Shown: piece by piece, positions 19,876-29,958 of the stretch
Numbering within the stretch: position 1 is the first letter of the stretch
How the letters are laid out: the number at the start of each line of letters is the position of its first letter
From: Anaerohalosphaeraceae bacterium
GTDB taxonomy: Bacteria > Planctomycetota > Phycisphaerae > Sedimentisphaerales > Anaerohalosphaeraceae
Length of the DNA stretch: 64,000 nt
Direction: 5' to 3'
Assembly (NCBI GenBank): GCA_963675525.2
Contig: CAXXSL010000011.1
Span: 288,001 to 352,000 of the forward strand
Translations under genes and position numbers: made by a program
The notes under the pieces: model-generated
What the model was told of the DNA's origin: nothing
The model's input: only the letters and a program-made list of their open reading frames with translations
Databases searched by the model: none

Positions 19876-20901
19876 ATGGCTAAAATAACGGAATATCTTG
19901 AGATCATTCTAGAAGGAAAGGACCTGACGTTCGATCAGTCTCGGCAACTGCTGGATATCATCTTTGAAGGTGACGTCGCCGAGGTCCAGATCGCTGCCTT
20001 TCTTGCGGCCATGCGAGTCAAAAAAGCCGCCATAACAGAGATCGCCGGATTGGCTTGCTCTCTCCGGGAACACGCCGTTCCCGTTAACGTGAACGCACGT
20101 CCGTTGATCGACACTTGCGGTACCGGCGGCGCAGCATTGAAAACATTTAATATCTCGACAGCGGCTGCTTTGGTCGCAGCCGGCGCCGGGGCCTATGTCG
20201 CCAAGCATGGCAACCGGGGAATCACCAGCCAATGCGGTTCGGCAGATGTATTAACGGCACTTGGCGTTAACATCTCACCGGGGCCGGAACGTGTCGCCGA
20301 ATGCATCGAAAAGGCCCATATTGGATTTATGTTTGCACCCAATTTTCACCCGGCGATGAAATATGTTCAGCCCATTCGCAAAAGTCTGGATTTCCGGACG
20401 GCTTTTAACATTCTTGGCCCTTTGGCTAATCCTGCAAAAGCCGACGCGCAGGTGTTGGGAGTGGCCGAAGAAGCTCTCATGTCCCGGATGATCGAAACGC
20501 TCAGATTGCTGGGGCTCAAGCGAGCCATGGTCGTTCACAGTAACGGGCTGGACGAAATCAGCACAATGGGGCCGACCAAAGTCATGCATCTTGAAAATGG
20601 TCAGGTCCGCTCCGAAGAACTGGACCCCACGCAATATGGAATTCGGATTGCTGATTTTACCGACTTAGCCGGCGGCGATGCACAAATGAATGCACAAATC
20701 ATTCTGGATATCCTGTCAGGAAAGGAAACCGGCCCCAAACGAGAAATTGTTATACTGAATGCCGCCGCCGCCATCATTGCGGCCGGACTTGCCGGAGACT
20801 TTGTCGAAGGAATTGAAAAGGCGGATGCCGCCATCACAGGCGGTCATGCAATGACGTGCCTGAAAACGTTGATTGAAATCAGTAACGCCTGTGATAAGTA
20901 A
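19876..20901 (+). CDS. trpD: Anthranilate phosphoribosyltransferase
   Basis: DTCGTGG, NIST, KHGNR, GSAD. Confidence 0.97.
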   Translation: MAKITEYLEIILEGKDLTFDQSRQLLDIIFEGDVAEVQIAAFLAAMRVKKAAITEIAGLACSLREHAVPVNVNARPLIDTCGTGGAALKTFNISTAAALVAAGAGAYVAKHGNRGITSQCGSADVLTALGVNISPGPERVAECIEKAHIGFMFAPNFHPAMKYVQPIRKSLDFRTAFNILGPLANPAKADAQVLGVAEEALMSRMIETLRLLGLKRAMVVHSNGLDEISTMGPTKVMHLENGQVRSEELDPTQYGIRIADFTDLAGGDAQMNAQIILDILSGKETGPKREIVILNAAAAIIAAGLAGDFVEGIEKADAAITGGHAMTCLKTLIEISNACDK

Positions 20902-20922
20902 AAGGATGAAACGAACACCTTC

Positions 20923-21561
20923 ATGTTAACAGTTAAGGTGAAAATTTGCGGAATTACGAACTATGAGGACGCCGCGGCTGCCTTTGAGATGGGAGCGGAT
21001 ATTCTCGGCTTTAATTTCTACCCCCAAAGCCCCCGTTATATTAAGCCGGAAAAGGCCTTCGAGATCATCGCAAAAGTGCCCGGTTTCCTGGACACCTGCG
21101 GTATCTTCGTGAATGCGAACCCCAAAGATGTTCACGAGGTGACGAATACCGGATTCGTGAACTGGGTCCAGTTCCACGGCGACGAATCACCGGCTTACTG
21201 TGAACAGTTCCGTACATGGAGTCTTCACAGCATCAAGGCAGTGCGCGTTCGGTCCGCCGAATCGATCCAGATAGCCGAACAATATCATACCTCAGCCCTT
21301 CTGTTCGACGCATTCAATCCGGAACTTTACGGCGGCACCGGAGAAACATTCGATTGGTCACTGGTCAGGAACAGCCCTTGCCGGATATTTCTGGCCGGCG
21401 GAATCACTCCGGACAACGTGCAGAAAGCAATTGAATGCCGCACGTATGCAATTGATGTTTGCAGCGGCATTGAATCCGAACCGGGAAAAAAAGATCATCA
21501 GAAAATGAAACTGCTTTTCGATAATATAAGAGACCATACTGGATTAAAGGCGAAAGCATGA
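20923..21561 (+). CDS. trpF: Phosphoribosylanthranilate isomerase
   Basis: [29 protein letters not shown]. Confidence 0.96.
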   Translation: MLTVKVKICGITNYEDAAAAFEMGADILGFNFYPQSPRYIKPEKAFEIIAKVPGFLDTCGIFVNANPKDVHEVTNTGFVNWVQFHGDESPAYCEQFRTWSLHSIKAVRVRSAESIQIAEQYHTSALLFDAFNPELYGGTGETFDWSLVRNSPCRIFLAGGITPDNVQKAIECRTYAIDVCSGIESEPGKKDHQKMKLLFDNIRDHTGLKAKA

Positions 21562-22733
21562 AATTAAAAGGACGATACGGTCAATTCGGCGGCTTTTATG
21601 TGCCCGAAGTGCTTATCCCCGCACTGGAAGAGATCGAAGCGGGATTTGAACGTTATCATAAAGATTCTGCGTTTGTAGCTGAACTGGATGATTTATACCG
21701 CAACTATGCGGGCCGGCCTACCCCCCTGTACCACGCGAAACGATTCAGTGAACACGTTGGGTTTCAGGTCTATGTCAAACGGGAAGACCTGCTGCACGGC
21801 GGGGCCCACAAGGTTAACAATGCACTCGGACAGGGATTGCTGGCCAAATACATGGGCAAAGAAAAACTCATCGCCGAAACCGGGGCCGGGCAGCACGGTC
21901 TGGCAACCTCAATGATCGGCGCACTGTTCGGCATGGAAACAAAAATATTCATGGGATCAATCGACGTAGCCCGCCAAAACGTGAATGTTCACAAAATGAA
22001 ATTGTGCGGTGCTGAAGTGGTCTCGGTTTCCGGCGGGACCTGCACGTTAAAAGACGCCATCAATGACGCCCTTCGCTATTGGACGTCGCATGTTGACGAT
22101 ACGTTCTACCTGTTCGGCACAGCCGGCGGCCCGCATCCGTTTCCGATGATCGTACGGCACTTTCAGTCGCCGATCGGGACCGAGGCCCGGCAGCAATGTC
22201 TGGATACTTTCGGAAAACTCCCGGACAGAGTCGTGGCCTGCGTGGGTGGCGGTTCCAACGCGATTGGCATCTTTTCGGGATTCATTGAAGATCCCGATGT
22301 CAAGCTGGTGGGCGTTGAAGGCGGAGGTAAGGGCCTGGACACACATGAACACTGCGCGACATTAGTCAAAGGGACAGAAGGCATTTTACACGGTGCCCAG
22401 ACACTGGTTCTTCAGGATGAAAACGGGCAGATCCATGAAACCGAATGTATCTCCGCCGGACTGGACTATCCCGGAGTCGGGCCTGAACATGCCTATCTCA
22501 AAGAGAGCGGACGAGCCGACTATTTTGCGGTAACGGACGAAGAAGTACTGGATGTCTTTGAATTATTCACACGATCCGAAGGCATTATCCCGGCACTGGA
22601 AAGTTCACACGCCCTTGCGTGGCTGATGACTCAAAAAGGCAACATACCGAAAGATGGCATCGTCGTCGTAAATCTTTCCGGCCGGGGAGATAAAGACGTC
22701 TCCATTGTAGAACAGCATCGACCAATGATGTAA
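21558..22733 (+). CDS. trpB: Tryptophan synthase beta chain
   Basis: [43 protein letters not shown]. Confidence 0.98.
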   Translation: MKLKGRYGQFGGFYVPEVLIPALEEIEAGFERYHKDSAFVAELDDLYRNYAGRPTPLYHAKRFSEHVGFQVYVKREDLLHGGAHKVNNALGQGLLAKYMGKEKLIAETGAGQHGLATSMIGALFGMETKIFMGSIDVARQNVNVHKMKLCGAEVVSVSGGTCTLKDAINDALRYWTSHVDDTFYLFGTAGGPHPFPMIVRHFQSPIGTEARQQCLDTFGKLPDRVVACVGGGSNAIGIFSGFIEDPDVKLVGVEGGGKGLDTHEHCATLVKGTEGILHGAQTLVLQDENGQIHETECISAGLDYPGVGPEHAYLKESGRADYFAVTDEEVLDVFELFTRSEGIIPALESSHALAWLMTQKGNIPKDGIVVVNLSGRGDKDVSIVEQHRPMM

Positions 22734-22800
22734 TGAGCGAGTAAAAATCGAATTTAAAAATAAGCATTCAGCCTTTGGCTGAACTAACTCAGGAACCACT

Positions 22801-23601
22801 ATGGGAAAATATCAGGATGTATTTAAGAACCTAAATCGGGCCGCGTTAATTCCTTTTTTTGTGATCGGGGATCCGGACGAACAAACGAGTTTCGAACTGG
22901 TTAAGACCGCCATTGATGCCGGGGCGGATGTCCTCGAACTGGGGATTCCCTTTTCAGACCCCGTCGCTGACGGACCGACGATTCAAAAAGCGGACATTCG
23001 CGCCATGCAGTCCGGTATGACACCCGCCAAAGCCCTGGCTTTTATCAAACGCGTCACGGATTACCTCCCCATCCCCATTGGACTGCTGGTTTACTATAAC
23101 CTGATTTTTCAATACGGTGTCGAAAAATTCTTTACCGACTTCAAAGCAGCCGGCGGCACCAGCGTCCTTGTAGCCGACTTGAGCATCGATGATGCCGAAG
23201 AGATCGCACCGGCAGCACAGGCGGCCGGTCTTGAAACCGTCTTTATGGTCACACCCAATACTGCCGAAGAGAGAATCGAAAAAATTGCCGCTCATACCAC
23301 AGGTTTTATCTATACCGTCTCCCTGATGGGAACAACCGGGGAGCGAACGGGGCTGTCGGACCTGGTCAAACCGTTAATTGAAAGACTCAAAAAACACACC
23401 GACAAGCCGATCTGTGTCGGCTTTGGGATCAGTTCGGCCGAACACGCCCGCCACGTCGCCGAAGCCGGCGCTGACGGGGTCATTATCGGCAGCCGCATCG
23501 TCAAATTCATCGAGGACAATCCGGATGACCCTGAAAAAATGAAACACCTGCTCAAATTATTTATGACCGATGTCATTCAGGCTTTGACGGCTTCAAGATA
23601 A
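22801..23601 (+). CDS. trpA: Tryptophan synthase alpha chain
   Basis: ELGIPFSDPVADGPTIQ, VGFGIS, ADGVIIGS. Confidence 0.98.
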   Translation: MGKYQDVFKNLNRAALIPFFVIGDPDEQTSFELVKTAIDAGADVLELGIPFSDPVADGPTIQKADIRAMQSGMTPAKALAFIKRVTDYLPIPIGLLVYYNLIFQYGVEKFFTDFKAAGGTSVLVADLSIDDAEEIAPAAQAAGLETVFMVTPNTAEERIEKIAAHTTGFIYTVSLMGTTGERTGLSDLVKPLIERLKKHTDKPICVGFGISSAEHARHVAEAGADGVIIGSRIVKFIEDNPDDPEKMKHLLKLFMTDVIQALTASR

Positions 23602-23844
23602 AATGCCCTTCTGTCCCATAAGAAAATCGAATTCTTTATTAGGCAGGGATCTTTCTGCAATTTTTTTCATACCCCGGAAATTGACTCAATTTTGACGACC
23701 CTTGCTGACGACCTTTATTGTCAGCAAGACACCGCTGTTCGACAAACGGTAAGGATACACTCAAATTACAGGCATGGACGCCGATTCATTAATGCGGAAT
23801 GCGCATTATAAGACAATCATCTGTAATTTTAGGAGTGCATCCAA

Positions 23845-24246
23845 ATGACGACATGTGTCGAACAAACTCAAAAAAAGCAACTCAACCATCCATCATCCCC
23901 TGACAACCATCCTGCAAGTCCTGCTACTACCTTTTTTTACGGACTGGATTTGAAGTCAAATCGCTTCTTACACGTCAGTTCCAACATTACGGCCGTTTTT
24001 GGATATACAAAAGAGGAATTTATCCAAAACGGATTAAGCTGGTTTGTTGAACAGATTCACCCTTATGACTTGAAAAAGCTCGATTGTCTTTCCAAACAAC
24101 ACCCCCATTGCCCTGTGGTGCCATATATCTTTTATCGCCTTAAAGTTAAAAACGGCAACTATTGCCTATTTAAAGAAATTCGGTGTCTTCTTTATGGTGC
24201 CCAAGGGGAGCCTTCTTTCTTAATCAGCCGTGTTGAAATGGCCTGA
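23845..24246 (+). CDS. Stand-alone PAS-domain protein
   Basis: VSSNITAVFGYTKEEF...IHPYD...YRLKVKNG (PAS_3-like); AGGAG RBS. Confidence 0.7.
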   Translation: MTTCVEQTQKKQLNHPSSPDNHPASPATTFFYGLDLKSNRFLHVSSNITAVFGYTKEEFIQNGLSWFVEQIHPYDLKKLDCLSKQHPHCPVVPYIFYRLKVKNGNYCLFKEIRCLLYGAQGEPSFLISRVEMA

Positions 24247-24585
24247 ACAAACATCTAAATGCATCTTATCATGTTTCAGTACAATTACTGATTTCTGTTA
24301 TAATAACAGTGAGGTGGTTTTTCCAAAAAAATTAGTTTTTTTGACTTGTATTCATGGATAATAAGGGTATAATGCACTTCGTTGTCTTGAATGTGAAAGT
24401 TTGGAGCTTGATAAAAATCGGTAAATATATGTATTTCATTCGCGACACAACCGCTTTCGTCTGGCAAGACTTAACACTTCAAATGAATAACGATTGTCCG
24501 TCCTCGCTGAGTTATTTTTAACTAAGTCTAAGTAGGCCATTCTGCAAATGGTGTGTTTGTAAGGTCTTAAAAGAAAGAGCTGACA

Positions 24586-26133
24586 ATGGACGTAAAAGTA
24601 AACGATTATTTTACAATTCTAATCGCTGAAGACAACGTCGAACTAGGCATACTGATCGGGCGAAAGTTAATTAATGCCGGATTTTCTGTTAAGCGAACAC
24701 TCTGTGCTACAGAGACACTTGAAAAATGCTCTATGCTTTCCGACCAAAAAACGCTACTCCTGCTGGATTATCAGCTCGGTGATATGACCGCCAAAGACGT
24801 AATCGTCAAGCTTAAAAAACAGTCCCGCCAGTTCTCCTTTGTTGTGATGACCGGTTATGGAGATGAACAGGTCGCCGTGGATATGATGAAGCTTGGCGCC
24901 GATGATTACCTGATTAAAAACGATCAGTTTCTTGATCTGTTGGTTCCGGTTATTTCACAAACCCTCGAGAGAAAACGTATTCAATTGTCACTGGCTCAGA
25001 CGCAAAAGGCACTGGATGTTGCACATCAGGCTATTATGGCAACCGAGAACGGCGTTGTTATCGCCGAAGTTCATGAAACCGATTGCCCCATTGTTTATTA
25101 TAATCCGGCTTTTGAACATATCACCGGATATCACTGCTCATCCCGGCCGACCCTTCAGGAATGGATCAATTCCTATGATATCCGGAACCAGGCAGAACTT
25201 GAAAAATTGCATCAGGCCCTGCAGGCACACAACTCCGTTCGTGTTCAATTGCATGACAATCATAACCACTCTCTTAATTGCCATGAGATCAGCCTCACAT
25301 TCATCCAAAAACCTTCCCAGATGGGAGGAACTTTTATCGGTCTGATAACCGACACAACGGAAAAACATCTAAATGAAAGAAAAATTCATGAGTTGCGAGA
25401 GCAACTTGATCAGTCACAGCGTCAAGCCATTGCCGGTGAAATCACAAAAGAACTGGCCCATGAAATCGGTCATCCACTGACACAGATTTCCAGCAGGATC
25501 CAGTTTTTGATCGCCAAAAAAGATGGTGATCAAAATTCTCTTTCTCCGATTCTCCAGCATATCGATCAAATCAGCAATCTGCTGCGACGTTATTCCAGTA
25601 AGAACCGTGAATATTTGTCTCCGGAGTTTGTCTCTGTCAACACACTGATACAATCCCTCCTGACTGTCTGCCCCTGTCATAAAGACATTTCAATTATTGT
25701 CGACATCCCCAATGACATGCCGGAAATCTTCGCCGATAAAGCCCAAGTCATCCAGATCCTCATCAATCTCCTGATTAATGCTGTCGAAGCCTGTGACATC
25801 AATGGAAAAATTGTTCTTTCTGCCCGCATTCATAATAATCAAAACACGGACAAACACTATGCCGCGATTTCCGTAGCAAACACCGGACCGGGCATTGCTC
25901 CGGAGCATCTTTCGAAAGTATTCGATCCTTTTTTCAGCACAAAATCTATTTCTCGAAACCGGGGCCTTGGACTTTCCATTTGCCAGAACATCGCACATCG
26001 GCATGGAGGCTGGATTGAGGTTCATTGCCCATCCAGGGAAACTTGTTTTACGCTCATGCTGCCGCTTGAGCCGGTTCCGCTGGGGCATCGTTTGCCGGAA
26101 CACTTTAACAGTGAAAATACACAGATCGGATAA
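24586..26133 (+). CDS. Hybrid REC-PAS sensor histidine kinase
   Basis: N-terminal REC (ILIAED, LLLDY, MTGYG); PAS (YNPAFEHITGY); H-box LAHEIGHPL; N-box QILINLLINA; GLGL. Confidence 0.9.
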   Translation: MDVKVNDYFTILIAEDNVELGILIGRKLINAGFSVKRTLCATETLEKCSMLSDQKTLLLLDYQLGDMTAKDVIVKLKKQSRQFSFVVMTGYGDEQVAVDMMKLGADDYLIKNDQFLDLLVPVISQTLERKRIQLSLAQTQKALDVAHQAIMATENGVVIAEVHETDCPIVYYNPAFEHITGYHCSSRPTLQEWINSYDIRNQAELEKLHQALQAHNSVRVQLHDNHNHSLNCHEISLTFIQKPSQMGGTFIGLITDTTEKHLNERKIHELREQLDQSQRQAIAGEITKELAHEIGHPLTQISSRIQFLIAKKDGDQNSLSPILQHIDQISNLLRRYSSKNREYLSPEFVSVNTLIQSLLTVCPCHKDISIIVDIPNDMPEIFADKAQVIQILINLLINAVEACDINGKIVLSARIHNNQNTDKHYAAISVANTGPGIAPEHLSKVFDPFFSTKSISRNRGLGLSICQNIAHRHGGWIEVHCPSRETCFTLMLPLEPVPLGHRLPEHFNSENTQIG

Positions 26134-26136
26134 CGT

Positions 26137-27570
26137 ATGGATACCATTCTTGTAATTGATGACGATGCGGGAATGCGAGATCTCTTAACGGAACTGTTAA
26201 GGAATCCGGATCGTTCGATTTTAAAAACGAGATTCGGCGATTCGGGGACTGGAAATCCTGCTGAATGAAGATGTCGATTTGGTCCTGACCGATATTCATA
26301 TGCCGGATATTAACGGAATCGAATTTATTAAAAGAGCCCAGAAAGCCAATATTACCGCTCCGATTATTACGATCACCGCTTATGCTTCGACCGACACGGC
26401 TGTTCAGGCCCTGCGGGCGGGTGCCTATGACTACCTGTCCAAACCGTTTGCACATGAAGAACTGTTGAAAATTGTTGAAAACAGTCTCCAAGCCCGACAT
26501 CTGTTTCAGGAGGTGACATATCTTCGCGGCAAACTTGACAAGAAGTACCGCCTCGAAAATATGATTGGTCAATGCAGAGAATATGCAGCGGGTCTTCGAG
26601 ATTATTGAGCGCATCAGTGACTCGGATTGCAATGTCCTGATCACCGGTGCCAGTGGAACCGGCAAAGAACTGGTCGCCCGGGCCATCCATAATACCAGTG
26701 CCAGAAAGAACAACCCATTTGTACCTATTAACTGTGCCGCAATACCTGAAAATCTTCTCGAAAGCGAATTATTTGGCCACACAAAAGGAGCCTTTACCGG
26801 GGCAATTAACAAAAAATCCGGTCTGATCGAAATCGCTCATTCAGGAACATTGTTCCTGGATGAAATCGGAGATATGCCGCTGTCACTTCAGGCGAAACTG
26901 CTGCGGGTCATACAAGACCACAATGTTCAAAAAGTCGGAAGTACCACAATGAATTCCATCGATTGTCCGTATCATTGCCGCAACCAATCAGGACCTCAAA
27001 GAAAAGATCAGCAGGTATTTGTTTCGAAAAGATCTTTATTACCGTCTTGACGTGGTCGGAGTCAATCTTCCCTCTCTTTCTCGAAGAGGTAATGACATTA
27101 TCCTGTTAGCCAGTCATTTCCTTAAACAACACAGCCAGCGACTAGGTAAGACAATTCAGGGATTTTCACAGGCGGCTCACAAAGCAATCGAGACCTATTC
27201 CTGGCCGGGGAATGTCCGGGAGCTTGAAAATGCCGTGGAACACGCAATCACGTTATGCCGCACCCAGAGAATCGATCTCTGCGATCTGCCTCGCAGCATT
27301 CAGGATGATTTGGAATCCGTTGATCTTTCAACCGGCACGCTCCAGAAACAAGTCTTGCATTATGAATATCAAAGCATTCAGAAAGCCCTTGAAAAGTATA
27401 ATGGCGACTTTCATCTGGCCTCAGAAAAACTTGGTATTAGTCTGGCAACTTTGTATCGAAAAATAAACAGGTATAAACGAACGTTAACCAAAATAAAAAT
27501 TACTGATATCACAAATTCCGACACAAAAATTAGTCCCCAGCCTCAATTATTCGATATCAGGAATTATTAA
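26137..27570 (+). pseudogene. Sigma-54-dependent response regulator (NtrC/AtoC type) split by three +1 frameshifts
   Basis: REC MDTILVIDDD..., AAA+ GASGTGKE and [25 protein letters not shown] and a Fis HTH lie in four successive frames. Confidence 0.85.
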
Positions 27571-27780
27571 TACCCTGTCCTGAGATGCGGTATTCCCACT
27601 TTTTTCTCAAAAATGCAACGGCTTTGTCACATCTGCACAAAGCTGAACTTCGCATGATTATGATTCCACGAAAAAACCCCGAGACCTCCAGCCGGCAACT
27701 TACACCTAACATATCTTAAAAAAAGAAGTTATGTAATCTTTCGTGAAATTATTTCCGTGTTTTTTGTTTTATTGACTCTT

Positions 27781-27796
27781 TGGCACCGGCTTTGCG
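27781..27796 (+). promoter_or_regulatory. Sigma-54 (-24/-12) promoter
   Basis: TGGCAC-CGGCT-TTGC, ~45 bp upstream of the ORF at 27840 and directly downstream of an NtrC-type gene. Confidence 0.8.
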
Positions 27797-27839
27797 ACAT
27801 ATATCCAAGGCTATTTAAAATCAGAAAAGGAGTTAAACG

Positions 27840-28097
27840 ATGAAAACAAAATCCCCAATTCAAAAATCACTAACCTATGACACGCTGCTCGCCGAATATC
27901 TGCCGGTCATTCGCCGAGCGGCCTGTTCCCTGGCCAGCCAGCAAAAGAGCAACAATCTGGAAACTCTTCTTTGGGCGGGTTTTCAAGGACTAAAAAATGC
28001 ATTTGATCGGTTTCCCGGCGAGCCCGTAAACGCCGAGCGGGATTATATCTTGAAAATGATCCATTCTTCAATGCTTCAGTTATTCAGGGAAAATTAA
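27840..28097 (+). CDS. Small protein resembling an isolated FliA/WhiG sigma region 2
   Basis: AAGGAG RBS. LLAEYLPVIRRAA...LETLLWAGFQGLKNAFDRF...YILKMIHSSM aligns by eye with IIEQYLPLIKKIA...YDDLVTAGVLGLMQSIDNY...YCKLRVRGAM of the next gene. Confidence 0.7.
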   Translation: MKTKSPIQKSLTYDTLLAEYLPVIRRAACSLASQQKSNNLETLLWAGFQGLKNAFDRFPGEPVNAERDYILKMIHSSMLQLFREN

Positions 28098-28123
28098 CGT
28101 TTTTTATTTTGAAGGAGAAAGCA

Positions 28124-28921
28124 ATGCAATTATTAGAAAATTCAAACACCTCCCAAAAAACACCGGAATCAACTTCTCAACAGAATCATCCCAGTTATCA
28201 AAAGCGTAACCAGATCATCGAGCAATACCTTCCGTTGATTAAGAAAATCGCCTGCAGTGTCATACGAAATCATTGTCAATCATTGGATTACGATGATCTG
28301 GTGACGGCTGGCGTACTGGGATTAATGCAGTCCATTGACAATTACGATACCAGTCATGAAGTCAGTTTTGCAGGCTATTGCAAACTTCGTGTTCGCGGTG
28401 CAATGTATGATGAACTTCGAAGTCTGGACTGGGTCCCGCGTCATATCCGAAAAGAACAAAAGAACCTTGAACAAACCAAGCAGCAACTGCAGGCACAACT
28501 GGATCGGTCTCCCGGTTTATCGGAAATCGCTGAACAGATGCAAATCCCGTTAAAAACCCTCCATCGCTATGAGAATAACCAGGCTTCTTTAAAAACCATC
28601 TCGCTCTTCCATATGAATAATTGCGAGCAAGACGAAAGTAACCCCGGTGACTTTCTACCCGACCCAAAAAGCATTGAGCCGAATCGGGCCGAGCAACATC
28701 GGGAAACGCTGCTTGAAATGATAAAAGGACTGAATAAGACCGAGACAATTGTCATGATTCTCTACTATCAGGAAGAGTTGACAATGCAACAGATCGGAAC
28801 GCTTATGGGAATCTCAGAATCAAGAATCTGTCAGATTCATAAGCAGACCATTAAGCATCTTAAGTTAAAACTAATAAAGCAGAATAAAACACCCGAAACC
28901 CGTTTGCGCATGCCCGCCTGA
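28124..28921 (+). CDS. fliA: FliA/WhiG-family sigma factor (sigma-28)
   Basis: RVRGAMYDELRSLDWVPR and LYYQEELTMQQIG..MGISESRICQIH. Confidence 0.93.
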   Translation: MQLLENSNTSQKTPESTSQQNHPSYQKRNQIIEQYLPLIKKIACSVIRNHCQSLDYDDLVTAGVLGLMQSIDNYDTSHEVSFAGYCKLRVRGAMYDELRSLDWVPRHIRKEQKNLEQTKQQLQAQLDRSPGLSEIAEQMQIPLKTLHRYENNQASLKTISLFHMNNCEQDESNPGDFLPDPKSIEPNRAEQHRETLLEMIKGLNKTETIVMILYYQEELTMQQIGTLMGISESRICQIHKQTIKHLKLKLIKQNKTPETRLRMPA

Positions 28922-28929
28922 GGGATTTC

Positions 28930-29277
28930 CTATGCATTGACGGGTTCTTCTTTTTCGGCCTTGCGGAAAGATTCCAAAGACTTGGGATCAGCGACTTTTC
29001 GGTATCCCAGTGCCTTGATAATTTCCAGCACTTCGGTCCATGTGGGAAATGGGCGCTGATTGGATTTCTTATACTGATCGATTGCCATCAGAAATTCGAA
29101 CTGTTCATCGTTCATTTCGCCTTCTTCGGCCGCACGGCGTTCCGGTGTTCTGCGGTGTCCCGGGCCTCGACGGCGATCCAACCCCACCCGGCGGTCAACA
29201 ACACTTTTTCGGCGTTCGACAAATGTTCTTTTTTCTTCTGTATTTACGTCTGTCTGCTCTGCTTTTTCTTTAGCCAT
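28930..29277 (-). CDS. Conserved-looking hypothetical protein with ERR/DRR repeats
   Basis: ERRKSVVDRRVGLDRRRGPG...EQFEFLMAIDQYK..NQRPFPTWTEVL; clean ORF convergent with fliA. Confidence 0.7.
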   Translation of the reverse strand: MAKEKAEQTDVNTEEKRTFVERRKSVVDRRVGLDRRRGPGHRRTPERRAAEEGEMNDEQFEFLMAIDQYKKSNQRPFPTWTEVLEIIKALGYRKVADPKSLESFRKAEKEEPVNA

Positions 29278-29312
29278 AACATCACACCTGCCAAGAGGAT
29301 TTTATCGTTCGT

Positions 29313-29654
29313 TTAAAAGACATCATCATCGTCGTCATACGAATCTTCATATTCATTAGGCTCTTCCGATAACGTATCGTCACGAAACGTCATATCAAAG
29401 AAATCATCGTATGAAGACTGCTCAGAAATCAGCGTGTGGGCTTCGTCCAGAAGTAATTCCGGAACAAGAATCGCGATATCCGAAAACCCATTCTGAGCCA
29501 TTTCCGGCTGTCGTTTAATGGCCACCGGTATTTCATGCTCAGCCAGCATTTGTTTGTATTGTTTGGCCAGATCCATATCTTCCGCAAACGCAACCGTCAC
29601 GAAATCTTTAGCCACAAATGTACTGTTTGATTCTTTTTTGCTTTTCTTCGGCAT
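29313..29654 (-). CDS. Hypothetical protein (DUF2007-like) with acidic C-terminus
   Basis: FVTVAFA...AKQYKQML..HEIPV...IAILVPE...DEA pattern. Confidence 0.6.
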   Translation of the reverse strand: MPKKSKKESNSTFVAKDFVTVAFAEDMDLAKQYKQMLAEHEIPVAIKRQPEMAQNGFSDIAILVPELLLDEAHTLISEQSSYDDFFDMTFRDDTLSEEPNEYEDSYDDDDDVF

Positions 29655-29958
29655 CCTGACAACTCCAAATTGAGAATCAATTTCCCACAAACAACGTGGT
29701 TTTCACATCGACCAACATCACAAGGGAATTAACGCGAAAGAACCTTAAAAAACAAAAAACCTAAAAATCAAACGAAATAGATACCTCTAAAGTGCAGAAT
29801 TTTCAGGTTATAGGCTTTGTGAGTGCAAAATTTTGCTTTTTTTGAGGATTTTTTTATTGCAAATGCATTGAAACCCTACCAAAATACAATCAAATGTGCT
29901 TTGGGGCTTTCGTAAAGCCACTATTATTGGAACTACAATTTTTACATGGAGGTGCCAC

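Noticed and set aside
26218..26228. TTTTAAAAAC as a programmed frameshift site in the NtrC-type gene
   Set aside because: Three separate shifts would be needed, and the other two sites have no slippery sequence.
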